A stretch of 64,000 nt of DNA, from the NCBI GenBank assembly GCA_002269645.1, contig NIVC01000889.1, positions 186,001-250,000 on the forward strand, written 5' to 3'. The position numbers and the translations under genes were made by a program. The stretch is from Macrostomum lignano. Taxonomy: Eukaryota. Shown here piece after piece: positions 14,306-27,482 of the stretch. The notes below the pieces were generated by a model. It had not been told where the DNA came from. It was given only the letters and a program-made list of their open reading frames with translations, and did not search any database. How positions within the stretch are numbered: the stretch's first letter is position 1; each line of letters begins with the position of its first letter.

Positions 14306-14319
14306 GTTGCTATGGCAAC
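14306..14319. promoter_or_regulatory. Palindromic RFX X-box (GTTGCTATGGCAAC)
   Basis: Matches the X-box consensus GTNRCC(N0-3)RGYAAC with one mismatch; lies outside any recognised CDS. Confidence 0.5.
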
Positions 14320-14587
14320 AAAGAACTTGACGTAGTTACTGGTTGAAAAGTTCATGGCGGCCGCAGTAATATTATCCACTTCGCAAATCCTGCCTTTTTT
14401 TGCTAAAATATGCCAGTTATGTCCGTCACTTTGGCTAGTGAAAATTTCGGCCTTTGAAAAACTCTGCTTTGAGTTTTTTCTGTTTCCTTCTGACACATCA
14501 GGTGTGCCTCTTGGTTGCTCTGCGCTTCCCCGCCTTCACTTGCGGATACGAGAGCTCTCCAGCTGCCTACGGCTTCCTCTCACTGCT

Positions 14588-15590
14588 CACCTCTCCTCCT
14601 CTCCATTCTCACCTCTCCTCCTCTCCATTCTCACCTCTCCTCCTCTCCATTCTCACCTCTCCTCCTCTCCATTCTCACCTCTCCTCCTATCCATTCTCAC
14701 CTCTCCTCCTATCCATTCTCACCTCTCCTCCTCTCTATTCTCACCTCTCCTCCTCTCCCCTCCTCTCCTCCTCTCTCTCCTCTCTTCCTCTCTCCCCTCT
14801 CCCCTCTCTCCCCTTTCCCCCTCTCTCCACTCAACCCTTTCCCCTCTCCTCCTCTCTCCTCCTCTCTCCCCTCTCTTCCTCTCTCCCCTCTCCTCCTCTC
14901 TCCCTCTCCTCCTCTCTCCCCTCTCCTCCTCTCTCTCCTGTCTTCCTCTCTCCCCTCTCCCCTCTCTCCCCTCTCTCCCCTTCCCCCCTCTCTCCCTCTC
15001 TTCCCTTTCCCCCTCTCTCCACTCAACCCTCTCCCCTCTCTCTCCCCTCTCCTCCTCTCTCCCCTCTCCTCCTCTCTCTCCTCTCTCCTCTCTCCCTCTC
15101 TCTCCCTCTCTCCCCTTTCCCCCTCTCTCCCCTCTCTTCCCTTTCCCCCTCTCTCCACTCAACCCTCTCCCCTCTCTCTCCCCTCTCCTCCTCTCTCCCC
15201 TCTCCTCCTCTCTCTCCTCTCTTCCTCTCTCCCCTCTCCCCTCTCTCCCCTCTCTCCCCTTTCCCCTCTCTCCCCTCTCTTCCCTTTCCCCCTCTCTCCA
15301 CTCAACCCTCTCCCCTCTCTCTCCCTCTCCTCCTCTCTCCCCTCTCCTCCTCTCTCTCCTCTCTTCCTCTCTCCCCTCTCCCCTCTCTCCCCTCTCTCCC
15401 CTTTCCCCTCTCTCCCCTCTCTTCCCTTTCCCCCTCTCTCCACTCAACCCTCTCCCCTCTCTCTCCCCTCTCCTCCTCTCTCCCCTCTCCTTCTCTCTCT
15501 TCTCTCCTCTATCTCACCCGCTCCTTCTTTCTCACCCCTCTCATCTCTCATCTCTGTCATCTCAGTTCTCTCTCCTCTCCTCTCTCCCCT
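14588..15590. repeat. CT-rich low-complexity array with a recurring sub-unit of about 140 bp
   Basis: Marker CCACTCAACCCT recurs at about 14827, 15019, 15155, 15298 and 15440. Confidence 0.9.
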
Positions 15591-16199
15591 CTCAATTTCA
15601 AAACTCTCACAAGGCACAGTTCCCTCTCTCAGCTGCCGTATCTGACTCCCAGAGCAGAGCTCATGCCACATTTGCATTAGAAAATTCCATTGCTGCCTCA
15701 GTGCACTCGGCGCACTCAGAACCCAAAGCATCGGATGGTGCATTAAGAAAAGAGCTTTAGCTTAAGGCGATGGCTAGGGTCACTTCGGGTCACGTGCTTT
15801 TGCGGACACGAACAAGCAAAGAAGATTTTACAGCGAAGTGCAAACAGCATCTGCTCTGCTTCATCCCGTCTTCACCCAAGCTCAAGATGCTCTATAAATA
15901 CTCGTAGATAAAAATCTGATTTCCAACGCGGAGCAGTTGCAAATCTAATCTGATTAATTCTTTATATGCAGCCAAGCAATATACTTTGCAGAGCAGCTTG
16001 GATGGGAAGAGAAGGAAGTGGGGAAGGAAAAACAGGAAACAGAAAAGTACTTCGCGATTTCTCTGTAGGGGGGGGGCGTCTGACTGGCTGCAGTGGCTCA
16101 GCGATAAAAATTGAAATTTATGAAATTTTTTCCATTGCAGACCGCTTGCCTCCAGTGTCTCTCCTGTACTGCTGCTGTTGGCGGCCTGACTAGCCTTGT

Positions 16200-16680
16200 C
16201 TCACGTTTCTCTCATCCTTTATCTCACCCTTATCTCACCCTTATCTCTCCCTTATCTCTCCCTTAATCTCACCTTTTATCTAACCCTTTATCTCAACCTT
16301 AGTTCACTCCTAATCTCACCCTAAATCTCACCTTCATCTCACCCTTATCTCTCCCTTAATCTCCCTTAATCTCTCTCGAAATCTCACCATTTATCTCACC
16401 CCTAATCTAACCCTTTATCTCACCCCTATTTTAACCTTAATCTCACCATTAATCTCACCATTATTTTACGGTTATCTCAACCCTAATCTCACCCTTTATC
16501 TCACCATTTTCACTTTTAATCTCACCTTAATCTCACTCTTATCTCACCCTTTATCTAACCCTTTATCTCACCCTTAGTTCACCCTTAATCTCACCCTAAA
16601 TCTCACCTTTATCTCACCCTTATTTCTCCCTTAGTTCACCTTTAATCTCACCCTTTATCCTATCTTATCTCACCCTTTTT
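16200..16680. repeat. Degenerate ATCTCACCCT repeat
   Basis: Direct sequence; related to 12380-12900. Confidence 0.8.
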
Positions 16681-17601
16681 CTAATCCTTTACCCATATTC
16701 TCCCACGCTTTCGCAGTCTCCCATTCCATGCAGTCACATTGGAATATTTCACAGCGCGGCCCTTTTTCCATTATCGCATTTGAGCAGTTCGCAGTCACGC
16801 ACCGCACAGAGCCCAGCTCACTTCTTCTTCTCTTCCTTCCCATTAATCCGAATTTTGCATTTGCCACTGCCTGTCCCTGACTTGACTCGACTTGGCTGTT
16901 CGAGAAAAAGCATATTTTTGAGGTTGATGCGGCCCCGAGCCTGGCTTTACAAGCCGTGTCCCCAGCGGACCTAATCAGAGATGGCTTATCGGTTCCCGGG
17001 GAGAGAGAGCTCAGCCCGTCCCCCTCAACCCTCTCCCCCGATCCTCAGTACAGTCCCCTCCACAGCCAGTCCAGGGCCCTGTGCATCCCCGTAGCCCATG
17101 GATTACCCTCTCCCAGTTTCTCCTATCTACAGTCCATGGACATCCTTGCAGGCACCTGGATTGGAAGGTAAATAACATTTTTCGGCTTGTTTTTTGTTTG
17201 AGAAACTCAATCTAAAAATGACAGTTTTACTTTAACGGCTGAATGCAGCTCGCGAAATATTTCTTTCTTTTTTAGGAGATCTTCTAGGAGGTCAATGTGA
17301 CTGTACAACTGGTTTTTCTAACTGTCCATGGCTCTGTCCAGATACGCTGCACAAGGGGATGTTGGGTGTGAGGGAAACTGTACGATCTGGCGGCTCCCAA
17401 ACCTCCCAGCCAACCCCACACCAGCCCTCGAACGCCTGGGAAAATCTCCCAACTGATAGCGCGTCCGGATTTCAATCCCCGCCAGTGCTAGAGAGGCATC
17501 ATCAGGGAGCGGACAGGCAGTGCCAGGAGAAAACTCGATTGCAAACCAGATTCGCTCGCGATAAGATTAGACATTCTATTCGGAGAATTCTGTCAAGAAA
17601 C

Positions 17602-20150
17602 ATGTCGGAACAGAAGAAGCAACAGCAGGAGGACATCGCCCTGGATGATGCGGCAGTTGACGACGTCCTGGAGGAGACGGCCGCGTGCCTCGGCGAAGGT
17701 CAAGAAGGCGGCAGCGGCTCGGCAGCGGGAGGGGTCGCCGCCGGTGGCGTGGACCCGTCGGCCAAGAAGAGGGGCCCGCCTGGCGGCTTTTTCAAGATGC
17801 CGAAAACCCCCACACTGAAGGCGCCCAAGGTGGCAGGCAAGCGGGTGACTCTGGAACGCAACCAGGATGAAGAGCAGAGGCTGGACGTCATCAGCCGCGA
17901 TCCAAACGGGCTGAACAAGCACTGCAAGGTGAACCGCCACAGTTTGCTTTTTCCATGTTTTTTGCGCCTTTTTTCAAAGGCTGCCTGCCGCAAGGAATCG
18001 TACTCTCATTAATAATTAATGAGGCTCAGTTTAGAAAGTTTTTTTCCTCTACTGCAGCGACAATTTCCAGTCCCCGCTGAGGAGAGTGCAGGATCGATAC
18101 GGCTGGCTCGAGTTCCTGCTGGCCTCTTGGCCCAGATGCACCCTGCATCCGGGGGTCTGGGGAGAGGCAGTAGAAATAGAGAGCAGGGGGAGAGGGGAGA
18201 GTAGAGAAGAGAGGGTAATTAAGACCCACCGCCATCAATCATGCGAGGGCACGGATGCTGGCTGGGATATTGTGAGGCTGCGCGCGGCCTTCCGGTTCTG
18301 TCCCAGTTCCAGGCGGCCCCCTACCTCTAGTAACATGTGCAGCAGCTGCTGCATCAAAACTTAGCGCATGGCACTGCTCAGAGCAGGGCGGCTGTGCTCA
18401 GTGTAAGGCGAAGAGCTTAGGATTATAATTTTATCTAAAATCTGTCAATAACAGCTGCTGCAGAGTAGGAATTGTATAACTGAAATTAAAATCGAAATGT
18501 TTGCACCGCTACTAACGAGTAGAGTCGTCAGGGTTTTGATTATTTCCGTTTTTTGTAGCTACGAGCGTAAGATTAAAAGAAATAGTTCTGACACATCTTG
18601 GCGTGCCCTGGGCTTAAATAGAGCAAACAATGTGCATTGCTACAGCCATGATCGTGTCTAGAATGTGTTTGCAGAGGAGATACTTTGTGATGGAGTGAAT
18701 TTTAGGTTAGCCATCAGGCTGTTTGAGCAAGGGAAATATTTGCTGGTAGAAAGCTTTTATAGCAACAGATTTAATGAAAAACAAGTTGAGCCAAGCAGAC
18801 AGATTCAACAGGGAGACACGAGCTCAGCATGTCTAAAGCCCGAGGCAGCCTGGCCGATCCTGCCGTGATGCAGGTGGCCGGCGATCAAGTCGGTGTTGAA
18901 CTGGAGAAGTCCGACATCAGCCTGACTAAGAGGGACCCCAAGAACATCAATCAGCACCTGACTGCGGTAAAACGCCACACGACCATTGAGGGTCGACTCT
19001 CAAAGCACAGAGTGTACATCCCTGACAGTATTTAACTTTTTCATTTTCAAAAACGTTGCCCCTCTAATCTGCACAACCCGCAGATTCAATTCGAAGACAT
19101 CATAGCCGAGCCGGACCCCACAGTGTTCAGCTTTGATAGTGTCTGGACCATCAGCTACAAGGTGAGAGCGAGTGGCTTTTAAGTGCATGTGGACTGCAGA
19201 TTTCCGCAACCTCAGCTGAGCTCTGAGACAGGGCAACCAATGTACAGGGCAACCAAGGGTAAAGCAGCTGGATAGCAATTTCAAAACGGATTCCGCAGAT
19301 TTTCTTTTCCGTAAAGTGTGATGGCTTTTTGCCATAGACAACAATTTATATCTAAAGAGTAAAAAAACAAAAGGGTTGCCATAACTACAGAGGAGGCGCC
19401 AAGCAGTTACAGAGGGGGCGCCAGCTACAAGGGGCGCCGACTAGAGGGTGGCGCCAGCTATAGAGGGGGGCGCCAGCTACAGAGAGGGGCGCCAGCTACA
19501 GAGGGGGGCGCCAGCTACAGAGGGGGCGCCAGCTACAGGGCGCCAGCTACAGAGGGGGGCGCCAGCTACAGAGGGGGGCGCCAGCTACAGAGGGGGGCGC
19601 CAGCTACAGAGGGGGCGCCAGCTACAGAGGGGGGCGCCAGCTACAGAGGGGGGCGCCAGCTACAGAAGGGGGCGCCAGCTACAGAAGGGCGCCAGCTACA
19701 GAGGGGGCGCCTGCAGCTACAGAGGGGGCGCCTGCAGCTACAGAGGGGGCGCCAGCTACAGAGGGGGCGCCAGCTACAGACGGGGGCGTCAGCTACAGAA
19801 GGGGGCGCCAGCACCAGAGGTTCCTAGCAGGCAGATCACTCGCTTCCACTAGCTGTACCAACCCGTGACGCCCTCCGCCCCAGGTGTTCACCACCACCAA
19901 GCTGTGGTGCTACCGCATCAGCTCGCTGATCTGCGCCATCCCAGCCGCCATCTGCTGGGGCATCGAGTTCGCCTGCCTGTCCTTCTGCACCATCTGGTGC
20001 TGGCAGCCCAGCATCAAGGCCTATGAAATCTCACTGTGGTACACCAGTCGCATCTACGAGGTCCTGTTGAAGGCCTTCATGGAGCCGTGCTTCCACGCAA
20101 TCGGCAAGATGTTCAGCCACATCGTGGTGAACGTCAGGCAGAGCGGCTGA
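17602..20150 (+). CDS. CAV: Caveolin with two candidate alternative first coding exons
   Basis: Exon 1a 17602-17928 ('RDPNGLNKHCK'), exon 1b 18829-18966 ('RDPKNINQHLTA'), exon 2 19084-19161 (signature 'FEDIIAEP', 'FSFDSVW'), exon 3 19884-20150 ('FTTTKLWCYR', hairpin segment, 'EPCFHAIGKMFS'). All junctions are phase 0. Confidence 0.92.
19390..19815. repeat. About 18-20-bp minisatellite (GGGGGCGCCAGCTACAGA) in the last caveolin intron
   Basis: Direct sequence. Confidence 0.92.
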
Positions 20151-20959
20151 TTCTGTGACGCAGCTGGGAGCTTTTATTGTTGATAAACCTGACGGACGCT
20201 TGATTAAACAAACAGGTCCAACAAGCGATGCCCAAAAATATTATTTTTAATTATTATTATATACTGAAACCATACGATTTAGGTATTAACCGTCTTAAAT
20301 GCAGTATTGACGCAAAAATTTCCAATAGATTTTTCTGTTCAAATCAAACGCTTATAAATTAATTCAATCTGCCCTCCGATCAGTGTCCGTCTCTTGTTCC
20401 GCCTGCATATTATGCTTTAATCCTGTGTCAATATGCACTATTACCGTGTAACATTACTACTGCTATTATAATAATATAACATATTAGCTATATAAAGTTC
20501 AAATTCATACGGCATTATTTCAATCATTAACTAATTAATGTTTTGCTGAAAAAAAACAAAACTCGTGTCATAAAATAAATCAATAAATAAACAATTCCAA
20601 TGTCCGCAGTGTTGTGCTGTGATAAGCGATTAAACAAAATATTGGTGAAAGTAATGGACTGATGCTTATCGAATTCTTACTTTCACATTTATTAAACTAC
20701 TTTTTAGTAGTTTAAAACTGCTTTAATCTTAATCAATCAAATTAATAAATAAATGCATGAAAACTCCAACTAGGCAATTAATGAAATAATTCTTAGTAAA
20801 ATATACCCTAGCACTACTACTGATTCAGTATAGCAGTAGTAAATATGCGCAATTTAAATAAATGCCAATATTATACACGCCAGCAATTCTTGAAAGAAAG
20901 AACTGCTTTCGGTGCTTTATTAAAAACAAAAATACAAAATCAAAGAGTTAGATTCGATT

Positions 20960-21520
20960 GGCAGAAGAGGATAATAATCCCTACACAGAAGAGGATAGTA
21001 ACCCCCAGAAGAGGATAGCAACCCCCAGAAGAGGATAGTAATCCCCAGAAGAGGATAGCAACCCCCAGAAGAGGATAGCAACCCCCAGAAGAAGAGGATG
21101 GCAACCCCCAGAAGAGGATAGTAACCCCCAGAAGAAGAGGATGGCAACCCCCAGAAGAGGATAGCAACCCCCAGAAGAAGAGGATGGCAACCCCCAGAAG
21201 AGGATAGTAACCCCCAGAAGAGGATAGCAACCCCCAGAAGAGGATAGTACAAGAATCTCCATAAGAGGATAATAATCCCAAGCGGATAATAATCCCAAGC
21301 GGATAATAATCCCAAGTGGATAATAATCCCAAGCGGATAATAATCCCAAGCGGATAATAATCCCAAGAGGATAATAATCCCAAGAGGGTAATAATCCCAA
21401 GAGGATAATAATCCCAAGCGGATAATAATCCCAAGAGGATAATAATCCCAAGAGGATAATAATCATAAGAGGATAATAATCATAAGAGGATAATAATCCC
21501 AAGCGGATAATAATCCCTGA
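20960..21520. repeat. Two adjacent related minisatellites (GAGGATAGCAACCCCCAGAA-type, then GGATAATAATCCCAAG(C/A)-type) 3' of PIGV
   Basis: Direct sequence. Confidence 0.9.
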
Positions 21521-21588
21521 GAGGCGGGAATAACAATCCACATAGCAAGATAAGAATCGCTTTAAAAGTGTGGATTTCAGTTGCATTG

Positions 21589-22147
21589 TCAGGTCCAGGG
21601 CAGGAAGTTGGCATGCATAGCTGTGCCAACCAAGCAGTACGACAGGCACCAGGCAATGAGCAGCCGGCAACCAACGCTGAGCTGATTGAAGTGCCGCAGG
21701 CAGAGTGCCAGAAAGGCCAGCGGCGAGTCGCAGCTGAGCCGGCGCCAATTCTCCAGTTGATTGCTATTGGCCGGCGTCAACATCACGTGACTAGCGGCCA
21801 GCCAATAGGGCAGCGGCGAGGCCGACAGCAGCACGCGGGTTGCGATCTGCACGTGTGCTGTAGTGAGGCAGAGCAGGCCGAGAAAGACCAGCTGGGCGTG
21901 CTGTCCCAGCAGCTCAGCCGGCTTCAGCGCTGCGAAGCCTCGACCGCTGACGACCAACTGGGCGCCGGCACCGACAGACAGGGCCAAAGCAGGCGCCGCC
22001 AGCAGAAAGTTAGGCGCCTGGCGCCACTCGTAGTAGCTGGTTGAGAGGGAAATATGTCTGTGTACTTAGTGCCTTAGTGTCTGGCTTAGATCTTAGTGTC
22101 TGGCTTAGATCTTAGTGTCTGTCCTACTGTCTTATTACCTGTCTTAG

Positions 22148-22190
<43 letters not shown>

Positions 22191-24368
22191 GCCTGCCTGC
22201 CTGTCTGTCTCTGCCTGCCTGCCTGCCTGCCTGTCTGTCTGTCTCTGCCTGCCTGCCTGCCTGCCTGTCTGTATCTGCCTGCCTGCCTGTCTGTCTGTCT
22301 CTGCCTGTCCGTCTGTCTGTCCGTCTGTCTGTCCTAGATTCTGTCCGCCTGTCTTAGCCCCAGCCGCAGGCCGGCACCCACCTGAACAATCCCACCCGCC
22401 AGTCCCGAGCCTGCACAGCAAAGTATGACGTCATCGGCGCCAGCGGACCCCCGGAGCACCAGGCCGGCGGCTGGCCGTAGCCGCGCAGGCTGTAGTTGCG
22501 CGCCAGGGCGAGCGCCAAGAGGCCCGGCTCCGGCGGCTGCCCCTCCGCGGAGGCAGTCCAGCAGAAGGAGAGGCCCATCGCCAGCTGGTGCGCCAGGAAC
22601 CCGGAGCAGGCAGCGGCCGACAGGGCACCGGAGCGGAGCGCCACCTGATTGGTGATGGTGGATTGAATGCATTGCGAGCTGGGATGCCATGGAGATGGAA
22701 AGGTTCGGGTGAACTGGGGAGATTGGGGAATCACAGGGGAATGAGATTGGGGAATCACAGGGGAATGAGATTGGGGAATCACAGGGGAATGGGATTGGGG
22801 AATCACAGGAGAATGGGATTGGGGAATCACAGAGGAATGGGATTGGGGAATCACAGAGGGAATGAGATTGGGGAATCACAGGGGAATGATATTTGGGAAT
22901 CACAGGGGAATGGGAAGATTGGGAAAAGGGGAATATAAAACACGGAAAAGTGGATGAATTGTTACAAAATGGGAAGGTTTGTGGGAAGATGAGTCGGTAA
23001 ACACCCAGAGCAATGCCCTAGCCATACCCCGGTACTCACCATGACGATTTCCTGCCAGCGTCGCCGTCGCCAATTAGTTGCTATGGCAACGCAGGCCGGG
23101 GCGGCAACCAGCAGAGCGTTGGCCAGCCCGTTGGACCGAGCGAGTCCAGCAGCGGCCAGAGCCAGGCCAGCCTCCAGATGCTGGCCCCGCCGCAGGCAGG
23201 ACAGAGCCCACAGGCTGCACAGCAGGTGGGCGGGCTCAGAATAGAAGGCCACAAAGAAGGGAGTGGCAGGTGACACGGACAGCAGGGTCAGAGCGGCCAG
23301 GCGAAGGCCGGGCCGGCCAGGATAATACAGCTCAGTCAGGTGCCAGAACAGGTGGACGCACAACAGGTGCAAACAAAAATTAACGCAATAACAAGCCAAC
23401 AGAGTGACAGTTGTTTCTGTTGCTAGGCAACCGTATTGTTGGTTGCTAAGCAGTAGGATTAGAGGAAATCTAACGGCCCGGCAGAGCATGGGGTAGAGTG
23501 GAAAGAACACGACAGAATGATCGATGACGTAACCTCGACGGGCGATGAGGACAAAGTGCACGGAGTCCCAGCGGTGGTAGCCGTCCAGAAGGAGGCGCAG
23601 GACCCAGCCGACTGGACTGGGCTCTGGCTGCTGTTCCTCGACCGACTGAGGCTCGTAGTCGGCCAGCTTGAAGGCGCCGGCATTGTGATCCGGGATGAAG
23701 TGGGAGACCGCCTGTGCGGGACGAAACAGAATGGCAGTAGTGTGGGTAAAAGGCAGGAGTAAATGAACTATATTTTGATGCGTCACTGCCTCGGCATCTA
23801 ATTAGCAATTGCTTTAATACAGTAAGAATGTATTTATTTTAGCATCCTAAAAAGATTCTATGTTCTATAATATTCATAAAGACAAAATTTGACAGGTATG
23901 CTTTTTAGCGCTAACTCAGAGGTTGGCAAACTTTTTTATTCAAATGGCAAGATAAATAATCCAGCTAATGGCTGTGGGCCAGATAAGAGGAGAGGGGAGA
24001 GATAAGAGGGAAGAGAGGAGCGGAGAGAAAGGAAAGGTGAGAGAGGAGAGGTAAGAGAAGGGAGATGAGAGAGGAGAGGGCTGAGAAAGGGGGAGGTGAG
24101 GACAGGGGAGAGAGGAGGGGAGAGGTAAGAGAGAAAAGCTGAGAAGAGGCACAAACTCTGAGCAGACCGGACTGCTATTTTGAAGTTTCAAGGGACCCAA
24201 GGGCCAGATAGAGGCTTAGTAGACTAGAGTTTGCCAACCCAAGCTAACTGAAGGCTTAAAAGATATAATTATAATTATAGTTAGCAAATTTACCTGAATT
24301 GCCAAGGATACAAATCGAACAAAAATGATTAAATGAAATTTTCTTGGCACTTTGGAGAGCAATGACAT
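21589..24368 (-). CDS. PIGV: GPI mannosyltransferase 2
   Basis: Exons 24368-24294, 23711-23040, 22644-22382 and 22036-21589 (GT-AG, in phase). Motifs 'IPDHNAGAF', 'RWDSVHFVLIARRGY...FFPLYP', 'FYSEP', 'RSNG', 'PNFLLAAP', terminal 'HANFLPWT*'. Confidence 0.92.
22146..22345. repeat. (CTGT)/(CTGC) compound microsatellite in PIGV intron 3
   Basis: Direct sequence. Confidence 0.93.
22717..22921. repeat. 24-bp tandem repeat (GATTGGGGAATCACAGGGGAATGA) in PIGV intron 2
   Basis: Period 24, about 8 copies. Confidence 0.92.
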
Positions 24369-24682
24369 TGTGTTTTTATTGCTGAAATGTATCAAATATA
24401 TTCATATTAAGCTAAATTATAAAATTGCTCAAAGCAGAAGTAATAAAACCAGACTATAAAGTTGCTTATCATAAAAAAGATGCATGATTGAACTCCTTTC
24501 ACATTGAAGCTGGTAGTGATAATGTAGGCCTAGGAAAAAGTTTTACAATGATTTTTTTCTTTTTACTATAATTAGTATTGTCATACATTGTCTTCCTTTA
24601 CAAAATCCAAACTTGTGTCAACTAGTTATTAAAAGTTGCATCAATATTAGAATTTAACTGACTAATTCTGTTTAGTCTATAT

Positions 24683-25430
24683 TAGGGTTTACAATCCTGG
24701 GATTAAAATTTGTCAGGATTTACTGGGATTATCCATGGCTAAGATTTGGGATCCTAGGATTAAAATATGTGAATCCCAGGATTTTTTGGGATTGATAAGA
24801 AGGAATAGACACTTTCAATTTTAAATTTTCATCATGTATTTTTCAGTTCCACTTCACTTTACAATGCAATTTTTTGAATATTGTTTAGTCATCCAAATAA
24901 TGAAATGTGCGAATTGTAAAATTGTTTTCTAGGAATGAATTCAAAACTTTTTTGTATGAAATTTGAGGTCCCAAATCCTGGGACAAATGTGTGTTATTAT
25001 TTTTACATTAAACCTGCATTAGATTTAAATGTGAAAGTTATTCCAATTTTAATTTTGATATTTTATTGGCTTCTTTACTACTAATTAGAACTTTTATACT
25101 ACTTACTCAAATGTCACAAGATAATGCTGTTTTTTATCTACAAACAGATCATTAACTCTATAACAGTCAAAAATGGAAGCAAAAAACACTTAGTGCATAT
25201 TTTGACTTAAAATTTAAACTCAGAAGCTTAAAATTCTGTATTTTTCTTATCCCAGGATTGAATCCCAAGATTGGCCAAATTCTAGGATTAAATCCCAGGA
25301 ACCCAGGATTACAAATACTTAGGATTTATTGGGATTGATGATCCCAGGATTATCTATAGCTAGGATATCTTGATCCCGACAATCCTGAGAATCTGAGATC
25401 AATAGAAGACTGGGATTTTGCAATGCCTAG
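24683..25430. mobile_element. Degenerate non-autonomous DNA-transposon-like element rich in CCCAGGATT/AATCCTGGG words
   Basis: Subterminal clusters of CCCAGGATT in both orientations; imperfect ends TAGGGTTTACAATCC and GGGATTTTGCAATGCCTA. No clear TSD. Confidence 0.35.
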
Positions 25431-27482
25431 TCTATATAGATTATATTGTTTTAAAAAATCATTTTTAACTGTTTGCTTATAACTTTTGCAACTATTTCTA
25501 TTGTATACCCTTCTTTTAAGAGATTAACTTAAGATTTAGAGAGAAGTTAGGGCCTAACCTAATAACCTTTTGGACCCTTTGATAACTTTGGCAATAGCAA
25601 TTGAGATTTAAAGAGAAAAATGAACCCCTTTGGCAACTTTGATAATAGCTTTTGGAATTGAATTACAATACTTGGGATAGCATTAATAGTACTATTTATA
25701 GAATATAGATAATAAGAGAGAAGTTTATCCTTAGCTAGCATAGGCCTAGCATTAGTGATAGCAATAGAATTATTAGAGATAGAAAAATAGGCCTAGGCTA
25801 AGGGCCTACCCCTAGGCCTAGCACAAAAACAAAATAATAATGATCTAGGCCTATATTTTCAATCATAAAAATGTATGTTGAAAGTAAATATATTCTTTAT
25901 TATATATACTCAGATAAAATTGTATAATTTACGGTAGTATATTTATATAGTATAAAATTAGGAATTTTAAAAATGAGGCACTTGGGGATTCTATAAGTTT
26001 TTTTTCATTTCTTTGCTAATAGGCCTAGTAAGGTGGCAAGGCCTAGCTAAATCTCACAATGGTTAAACTAGACTAGATAGACACTTGTATTATTTAAATA
26101 AAGAACCATTTATACATACATTATCAAATTTCTGCACACTTCTGTTTACTCTAATAAATAGCTGACGCTGATGCAAGAAAAAACTTCAATGCTAATCAAA
26201 TAAAATTAAAAACAGTCGAATAGAGAATTTAAATTGACGCTTTTTTATAAAGCGCATTGAATGATGCACTAGCGCGCATTATCCATTCTACTCAGACCAC
26301 AGGTCCATAGCGTCTATACGGTAGGGTAGGCGTGTATAGAGTGATACTGATAGAGATAGTAGGCCCTAAGGTCTAATAAAGCGCGATCGATCATCGACCT
26401 GCGACGTGACAGACCGGCACGAATGTAAAGTATTTTTATGTATCAATTAAATCTCCGCACTTTTTATGATGTGTCCGGCATTCTTGAATATTATTGTGTC
26501 ATTATTTAGTTAGTATTTATTCAGTAGTGAGTTTCTATTTTCGCGATTCTTACTGTACGTACTTTACTACTATTGTTTTACTGTATGCTAATTCCTATCG
26601 TATTTCAAACGCGAATGCGCTGTGTTTTGGTTTTAGTTCTCCTGCGCGCCGTATTAGTTGTAGTTGTAGGGTTGCATAGCCGTTCCAGAGTTCCAGTCGA
26701 TCCAGTTTTAATTCAATAAAAGATATAGACATTATTTATTTAGAATATATATTAATTACCTTGACTACATAGATTGTTCAGATATAAATACAAATATATA
26801 AATGAAATGAATTAAGGCGCATTGCATCCACAAGCCAAGAACGCATTCGGCATTCGTTCATTCATCTGTCATCACAACGAAAATAAGGCGATTCTTTGAA
26901 TTCTTTGACTTCAAGTAAACTTATTTTACACGAAACTATTTTAAATAACCGAAAGTGTTATGAGAAGGTATTAACAAAACACTTAACGACCAATGCCACA
27001 ACAGAAGCAAAAAGAAACTACTGCTCAGCAGATATAGTTCAGTAATATTTTTATGCGATATGGCATACCTCAAAATAAACCGTGCAGATCAGGTAAAGCG
27101 TGCGGACCGTGCGGAATTCCGTGCATATTTATTCGAACCAGCACCATGACAGTATTGAAACCAGTATATGATAAGCCTAATAGCTTAGAAAGGGGCTCAT
27201 GCTTAATACATGTTGATTAAATCAGAAAAATAAATCAAATATGAATAAAGAGGAACTACGCTCGTAATTACACAGATTTTTTTCATTTTTTCAATTGTCA
27301 ATTGAACATTGTCGATTCTGCCTACAAATCACAAAATAACCTGTATACACACCCATTTTTTGTGCTGGTGCGAAGTTTCCGCAAGCAAACGTTGTACCAG
27401 GGGCGTCGCCATGGATTTTATGGTGGGGGGGGGGGGAGGGACAAAAGCCAAGAATACAGCATGACTAAATTCTTACATGTAC

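Noticed and set aside
23077-23090. Second palindromic X-box GTTGCTATGGCAAC
   Set aside because: It lies inside PIGV coding exon 2, so a regulatory role is unsupported; it also shows the motif can occur incidentally.
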